DNA from: Dictyostelium discoideum
Taxonomy: Eukaryota
Direction of reading: 5' to 3'
Length of the DNA: 64,000 nucleotides
Assembly (NCBI GenBank): GCA_000004695.1
Contig: CM000155.2
Span: forward strand, 768,001 to 832,000
This document shows positions 57,637 to 64,000 of this stretch, in pieces. Within the stretch, counting starts at the first letter, position 1, and the number at the start of each line of letters is the position of its first letter. The notes under the pieces are model-generated. The model saw nothing but the letters and a program-made list of their open reading frames with translations. It searched no databases and was not told where the DNA came from. A program made the position numbers and the translations under genes.

Positions 57637-57935
57637 CGTTGATAAAAACATATACTTGATATATCTCACATTAAAAATAAAATATTTTTATTAAAAAAAA
57701 CACTGAATGGTTAAATTAATTTTTTTTATATTTTATATAATTTTGTGTATTTTTGAGTGTTCCATTTGTAGTATATACTAAATTCATAAAAAAATAAAAT
57801 TAAATCATTGTTAAAAAAAATAGAAAATGAATGAAAATATTTTTTTTTTTTTTTTTTTTTTGCAAAACTAAAATTTATTTTTGTGCTCAATAAATTTTTT
57901 TTTTTTTATTTTCATTTTTTTTATTTTTAGAAAAA

Positions 57936-59155
57936 ATGAGCGCACTTGGTGAATCAAATAACAAACAAAATGGCAAAGAGATATTACATAATTATGTAAC
58001 TAAGAAATTAACAAGTCAACCATACAGTTGTCAATGGATACCAACTTCATGTTCAGTGGTTACAGTTGGTAAAAAGACATCAGGTGGTATCTCAAAAGGT
58101 GATATTAAAATTCATCAATTAGAATTTGATGATACCTCTGGTGACCCAAAATTAAATTTAGTCTATGAAGTATGAGCCGTCATTATTATAATTATAAATT
58201 CAATCTTTTTAATATTCTAACATATATTATAATAAATAATTAAGAATGAATTTACAAATCCATTTAGATGTCTATCATTTTTTAAACAAGCAAATCAATT
58301 ACAACAACAAGATAATAGAAAATTTATAACAGGTGATTTTAATGGACAAATTTCAGAATGGGATTCAGATATATGTGATATACCAATATGGGGTGTTAAA
58401 GGTGCTCATCAAGGTTCAATATCAGCAATTGATGCATATGCTGATAATTTAGTAGTTTGTGGTGGTAAAGATGGTACAATTAAAGTATATGATACAAGAA
58501 TAAAGCCGAATAGTGCTAATGATAATAATGGTAATAATTCATCACCAATATCAACATTTGAACAAACCAATAAAAGTAATTGTTGGTCAATTTGTACAAA
58601 TGATAATAATATTATAGCAGGCTTTGAAAATGGTGATTTAAATATATACAATTTAAAAACCAATTCAATTCAATCAACAACTAAATTAAATGGTGGAATT
58701 TGTTCAATAGATTCAAATGATAGATCAAATATTTTAAATCAATTTTTAATTACAACAAATAAATCTTTTATTTCAATTGCTTCATTTAATAATAATAATA
58801 ATAATAATATTGAATTTAAAGATTATGATATTAATAAAGTATGTGTAAATAAAATAAAATTTTTAATTTTAATATTAATATTAACATTTTAATTTTTAAA
58901 AAATTTTAGGAACCTAATCAAACTATATGGTCAGGAATTTATTCACCATGGAATAAAAAAGATAATGAAAATATATTTACAATTGCTCAAGGTGATGGTT
59001 CAGTTTCAATGTATAGGGATGATTGTAAATTAATTGATAAAGTTTTAGTTTCAGATTTACCAATACTTTCATTGGATTATAGTAAAGATAGAAAAGGTTT
59101 ATTATGTTGTATATCTTTAAAAAAACAATTATCAATTTTAATTTCACCTTGTTAA
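57936..59155 (+). CDS. wdr92: WD-repeat protein 92 (WDR92/Monad; R2TP/prefoldin-like co-chaperone component), 357 aa. Three exons: join(57936..58169,58245..58838,58910..59155).
   Basis: All junctions are phase 0 (GTATGA and GTATGT donors; TTAAG and TTTTAG acceptors). The length is 357 aa, the same as human WDR92. SCQWIPTSCSVVTVGKK..GDIKIHQLEF matches human [62 protein letters not shown]...LVVCGGKDGTIKVYDTR matches human RYLATGDFGGNLHIWN..PVYSVKGHKEIINAIDGI...IVTGSRDGTVKVWDPR. Confidence 0.75.
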
Positions 59156-59280
59156 TTAAATTTTAAGAAAAATAAATTTGGTTTTTTTTTTTTTTTTTTT
59201 TTTTTTTTCTTTATAATACATAAAAAAAAAAAAAAATAAAAAGAAGTAATATTTTATTATTATTGTTTTTTTTAAAAAAA

Positions 59281-61158
59281 TTAATTAATTAAAAATTTTT
59301 CATCATCATCATTATTATCATTATCATCAACATCAAATAATAATGGTACTTTTTGTTTTGCTTTAATTGAATCACTACTACAATTGATATATTTAATTTT
59401 GGCAATTTCAGTTGGTATCATAAATATTGAGACTATTAAGATGAATATTGAGAAAGAGAATGCAAATGCAAAGATTGGTAATTGGTCACCTTTCTTGTCG
59501 GAATATAGTGCGCTACAGAATAGTGGACCGACAACACGACCTAATGAACCTGCTGATGTGATGATACTAATTAGTAGACCTTGAGATGCGTTACCGATTG
59601 TATTTGATAAAACTTTGGAAAAAATTGAGACGATTACAGTTTGAGAAATTGGGAAACCAATACCATAGACGAATAGATAACTTAGCATATATCTAGTCCA
59701 TGTTAAATGATGTGCCATTGAAATGAAACAACCAATTGCAACACAAACATTACCAAAATTGTAAATCCAATAATCGTGAATGATTTCTTTTTTACTTGCC
59801 CAACTAATTAACAATAGGAAAAAGATACCAACGAATCCAAGTCCACCGAAAAAGTATCCACTTCCACTATCGATATTCATTCCATTGCTATCACTTGAAC
59901 CTGAACCTGAATTTGAAAATGAGTCGGAGGAAAGGTCAGTTACTGCTGAATTGGAATTCAAACTATCATATAATGGTGTACCCAATGTTTCATAAATACC
60001 AAGCACAGCTCTAATAAAGAAATTTAATAAAACGAATATTATTAAACTAATTAATGCCCGTTTATCTTTTAATATAATTTTATAAATATTTTCTTTTTTT
60101 TCTTTTTCTTTTTCTTTTTCTTCATTTAATGTCGACGATGCATCACAAATTGAACCACTATTACTAATACCAAAATTCATTTCCATAATTGTATTTTCAT
60201 CACCATTTGTAATTTCTTCAGCAACTCCAGTATTTCCTGAATTGTCATCTTCAAAATTATTTATTGCTTTAATTGAATTACTACTTGCTGATAGGTAGTA
60301 TTGTTCTTCAATATCTCTTGTCATGGATACTAAATTATTGGTACTATTATTATTTGCACCACCTTTATTTTCAAAACCATTATTTTTTCTAACTGTAGTT
60401 GGTTGGGTGGATTTTGGATTTTTAAAGAAATAAAGAATAGTTAAAAGTAATAGGAAATTTTGGAAACCTAAAAACCAACCTGGTGATGTTAAATAATCAA
60501 TATCAACTGTACCAATTTTAAAAGCAGGGAGAAATGAAAGGAATGATCCAACAATTGGTGATACTGCATAACCCAAGAATTGGACTGCTGCAGAGAGAGA
60601 AATTAATGCTGTACGCTCTGCAACCTCTGTAACATCAGTAATAAATGATCTACCAACACTTAGTGTACCTGCACCAAATCCTAATACTGCTCTTGATGCA
60701 ACCACTGATATCTCACCGAATTTGGCACTTCCATGATCCAAATATGCAAATGAATACCAAAATGAACCAATAATACAAAATATAATTGAAACTGAAAATA
60801 TCTTTTTATAATAACTATTTGATGATATAAATCCTAATCCAATGGTTGCAACTAATCTACCAAAACTAAAACTTGAAATTACCAAACCCAATAATGATGC
60901 ATCTCCAACTCCACCAATTAAATTTGAATATGCAGGTGCACTTGGTACAATAATTCCTCTAGCAAACTCTTGAAAAAAAAAAATTGCAAAAACAATTCCA
61001 ATTGATACTTTTCTATCTCTTTTATTTAAACCACCAATCTTTTTTTCTTCAATAATATTACCACCACCACTACCAGGGACACCACCATTTTTTTTAAAAT
61101 CAAATAAATCTTGTTTTTCAAAATTTAATTCAATTCCACTTTTAATATTTTCGCTCAT
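59281..61158 (-). CDS. Major facilitator superfamily (MFS) transporter with a large central hydrophilic loop, 625 aa, single exon.
   Basis: About 12 predicted TM helices. The MFS loop motif is LGLVISSFSFGRLVATIGLGFISSNSYYKKIFSVSIIFCIIG...GFGAGTLSVGRSFITDVTE, matching the G-x-x-x-D/G-R-x-G-R-R region. A ~150-aa Asn/Ser/Glu-rich loop separates the two 6-TM halves. Substrate unknown. Confidence 0.7.
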   Translation of the reverse strand: MSENIKSGIELNFEKQDLFDFKKNGGVPGSGGGNIIEEKKIGGLNKRDRKVSIGIVFAIFFFQEFARGIIVPSAPAYSNLIGGVGDASLLGLVISSFSFGRLVATIGLGFISSNSYYKKIFSVSIIFCIIGSFWYSFAYLDHGSAKFGEISVVASRAVLGFGAGTLSVGRSFITDVTEVAERTALISLSAAVQFLGYAVSPIVGSFLSFLPAFKIGTVDIDYLTSPGWFLGFQNFLLLLTILYFFKNPKSTQPTTVRKNNGFENKGGANNNSTNNLVSMTRDIEEQYYLSASSNSIKAINNFEDDNSGNTGVAEEITNGDENTIMEMNFGISNSGSICDASSTLNEEKEKEKEKKENIYKIILKDKRALISLIIFVLLNFFIRAVLGIYETLGTPLYDSLNSNSAVTDLSSDSFSNSGSGSSDSNGMNIDSGSGYFFGGLGFVGIFFLLLISWASKKEIIHDYWIYNFGNVCVAIGCFISMAHHLTWTRYMLSYLFVYGIGFPISQTVIVSIFSKVLSNTIGNASQGLLISIITSAGSLGRVVGPLFCSALYSDKKGDQLPIFAFAFSFSIFILIVSIFMIPTEIAKIKYINCSSDSIKAKQKVPLLFDVDDNDNNDDDEKFLIN

Positions 61159-61435
61159 TTTATTTATTTATTTTATTTATTTATTTATTTATTTTTATTT
61201 TATTTTATTTATTTTTATTTTATTTTATTTATTTTTATTTTATTTATTTATTTTATTTATTTATTTATTTATTATTTTTTTTGTATTTTTTTTTCGAAAC
61301 TATTAATTTTTTTTTTTTTTTTTAAAAAAATTATATTTTTATAATTTATTCAAAGGTGATTTTATAATTTTTTTATTTTTTTTTTTATTCTTTTTTTTTT
61401 CTTATTAACTTCTTTTGGCTTACACACCAACTGCA

Positions 61436-61474
<39 letters not shown>

Positions 61475-61955
61475 GTTTTTTTTTTTTTATTAAAAAAAAA
61501 CAGGTCAGAAAATAAGAAGATATTAATATTTTTCAATTTTTTTTTCATTTTTTTGAACAATTGTGTAGCCCATAAAATACTTTTTTTTATTTTTTTTCCA
61601 TATCTTTTTGCCACATCAGAATTTTATTAAAAATAAATTTTTTTTCTTTTTTTTTTTTGATCAGATTTTCAGACCTTTTTTTTTTCTTCACTTTTTCTTT
61701 TTTATTTTAATTTTTTTTATTTTTTTTTTACAATTCCACTAAATGAGTTAAAAAACCAAAAATCAAACAAAATGAAATAATTGCAGAAATAAATTTTTAT
61801 TTTCTTTGTTTTTCCAATTTTTATACCATTCTTTTATTTATAAATAATTTATTTTATTAATCTATTTATCTATTTTTTTTTTAATATTTCACCGATTATT
61901 TTTAATCTCAAATTTGATTTTTCTAAATTATTTTTACAATTGCAAAAAAAAATCT

Positions 61956-61993
<38 letters not shown>

Positions 61994-62127
61994 AATTTCC
62001 ATTTTTTTTATTATTCTGATATAATCTCTTAATTGTGAAAAATGATTCTATTGAGGGCCTCTATTTTTTTTCTTTTTCTTTTTTATTTCTTTTTATTTTC
62101 TTTTTATTACATTATTTATTTTCATTG

Positions 62128-62169
<42 letters not shown>

Positions 62170-62319
62170 GGGAGAGCAGTTCGTTATTTAATTGTTTTAG
62201 AGTAATGTAAGTTGTTTTTATATCTATCCACACTCATACAATTTAAACCTACTACTATCATTGTTTGACTGAAAAATTTTTTTAATTTTTTTTTTTAAAA
62301 TTTTTTGGGCAAACATAAA

Positions 62320-62350
<31 letters not shown>

Positions 62351-62928
62351 GAATAACTTTAAACCTTTTATTTAATAGCATAAATCAACTCAATTATTTT
62401 TCAAGAAAATCATTTTCATTGTATAATTACAAAAAATAAAATAAAATAAAATTAAATAAAATTTAATTTCAACAAAAACCATTGAAATTTCAAAAAAAAA
62501 AAATAATTTTAAAAAATATCCATCTCTATGCTTTTCTTTAAAAATTATAAAAAAAAAGATAAAAATATCATGAAACAAAAAATTAGATATTTTATTACGT
62601 GTTAAAAAAATTTTTGAAAAACTAAGTTTTATTTTTGTATCAGTCTGATACAAATTTTGATAATTTTATAAAAAAAAAAAAGGTAATGACATCATCAGCG
62701 GGCTTGCCCGTAATTTTTAAATTTCTAATAATTTTTTAAATTTAGATATTTTAATGGTAAAAACAATTTTTTATTTTTTGCTGTGAATTTTTTTAAAATT
62801 ATTAGAATTGTAAATTATTTAAGAGTTTTTTTTTTTTTTTTCATTTTTATTTTTCATTCCAAACAAACTATCTGTAATATTAATTTTTATCTTTTTTTTT
62901 AAACAACAAACAACTTTTCAAATAAAAA

Positions 62929-63277
62929 ATGTGCAAATATTCAAGTGGATGTGGAACAAGCGATTCTAAAAATTGTAAGGCATGTGGCACTGCATTATGC
63001 AAAGGTTGTTCAAGATCATTAAAGACTGGAAGTAAGTAAAACAAAACCAATTTTTAAACATTAAAAAAAAACAAAAAAAAACAAAAAAAAAAAAAAAAAA
63101 TTGAAATTTCAAAACTCCACTCAAATAAACAAATAAGAAATTATAATCAAAATTAAATTTTGAAAATTTCATGAAACTAACAACTTTAATTTCATCAAAT
63201 AACAATTTTTCATCTCAGACCCAACACCAAGTGGAAATAGCGCTGCTTGTCCAGACTGCAAGAAAAACTATAGATAA
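62929..63277 (+). CDS. Candidate tiny Cys-rich protein (53 aa, 10 Cys), 2 exons: join(62929..63031,63219..63277). Hypothetical.
   Basis: Exon 1 is MCKYSSGCGTSDSKNCKACGTALCKGCSRSLKTG, ending at a GTAAGT donor in phase 1 at 63032. A CATCTCAG acceptor at 63217-18 continues N PTPSGNSAACPDCKKNYR*. The ATG sits in an A-rich context (AAAAAATGT). It could be a metallothionein-like or small secreted peptide, but it could also be chance, because the ORF is so short. Confidence 0.3.
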
Positions 63278-63880
63278 TTCTTTTTCAAATTTGATCTACT
63301 GTCATACTATTTTTAAATAAAGAGAAAATTTTTTCATTTTCTTTAACCATAATTTTTTCTTTAATAATTATTATATTTTTTTTCTTTTAATTATAATTTT
63401 TTTAAAAAGTTATTGAAAGTAAAATGTATTTTGGATTTTGTATATTTAAAAAACTGAAAGATTATATTTTTTTTTTTTTTTTTTCAAATTTAAAATGATT
63501 TAATTTTTTTTATTTTTAATATTAGTCAAGTATAAATATATAACACACAAAAATACACCAAATGATTTAAAATTAATCTAATCATTCTGTTTTTTTTTTT
63601 TTTTCAAAAAGTTTATTTTTAAAAATTAAATTATTTATTATTAATTTTTTGGCAGGTGTTTCTTTGAAGAACAACAGATGGGGGATTTATTTTTTTTTTT
63701 AACCCTTTTTAAATGAAAAAAAAAAAATTTTGATTGGGTGGGGTTTTTTTTTTAACAAATTTTTTTTTTTTTAGGTCCAATTTTAAAGTTTTAGAAGAAA
63801 AAAAAAAAAGGAAAATTTTCCTGGGTTTTAAAAATTTTTTTTTTTATTTAAATTAAGGATTTAAATTAAAAAAGGGAATT

Positions 63881-63930
<50 letters not shown>

Positions 63931-64000
63931 ATAATGTTTCATAGGTATTTTAATTCCTTATTTTATTTATATATTTATTTTTTATTTTATTTTATTATTA

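Overview
Composition and gene structure point to Dictyostelium discoideum (or a very close relative) nuclear DNA, not a prokaryote. It is about 78% AT, with long homopolymer A/T runs, (AAT)n/(CAA)n codon repeats giving poly-Asn/poly-Gln tracts, and short AT-rich introns with GTAAGT/GTATGT donors and (T)n..AG acceptors. The window is gene-dense. I can support 23 protein-coding genes, several rebuilt by hand across introns with phase-consistent splice sites that the ORF track misses. I found no rRNA or tRNA gene, no CRISPR array, and no recognisable transposon ORFs. Recognisable products, in order along the window: a GFA/CENP-V-type zinc protein, an isochorismatase-like hydrolase, queuine tRNA-ribosyltransferase, the DEAD-box helicase DDX6/Dhh1, NDUFAF6, an LRR/F-box-like protein with a 21-aa Pro/Gln tandem repeat, an EF-hand + WWE-domain protein, a very large ankyrin-WGR-PARP (PARP1-type catalytic domain), glycolate/2-hydroxyacid oxidase, mercaptopyruvate sulfurtransferase, a class-II (4EHP-like) eIF4E, a SART3/Prp24-like HAT+RRM protein, exportin-2 (CAS/CSE1), a PH-C2-RhoGAP protein, a Myt1-like Wee1-family kinase, WDR92/Monad and an MFS transporter. 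The most interesting points are: (i) a poly-ADP-ribose reader (WWE) and writer (PARP) about 11 kb apart, the reader having an unusual EF-hand + unknown domain + WWE architecture; (ii) GC-rich palindromic E2F-type motifs (TTTGGCGCCAAA) in several promoters in an otherwise AT-saturated region; (iii) a perfect 27-bp palindrome and a 19-bp hairpin in intergenic DNA; (iv) (ATT)n microsatellites expanded inside introns of four different genes. Function is assigned from motifs I recognise by eye, so each needs an HMM/BLAST check.
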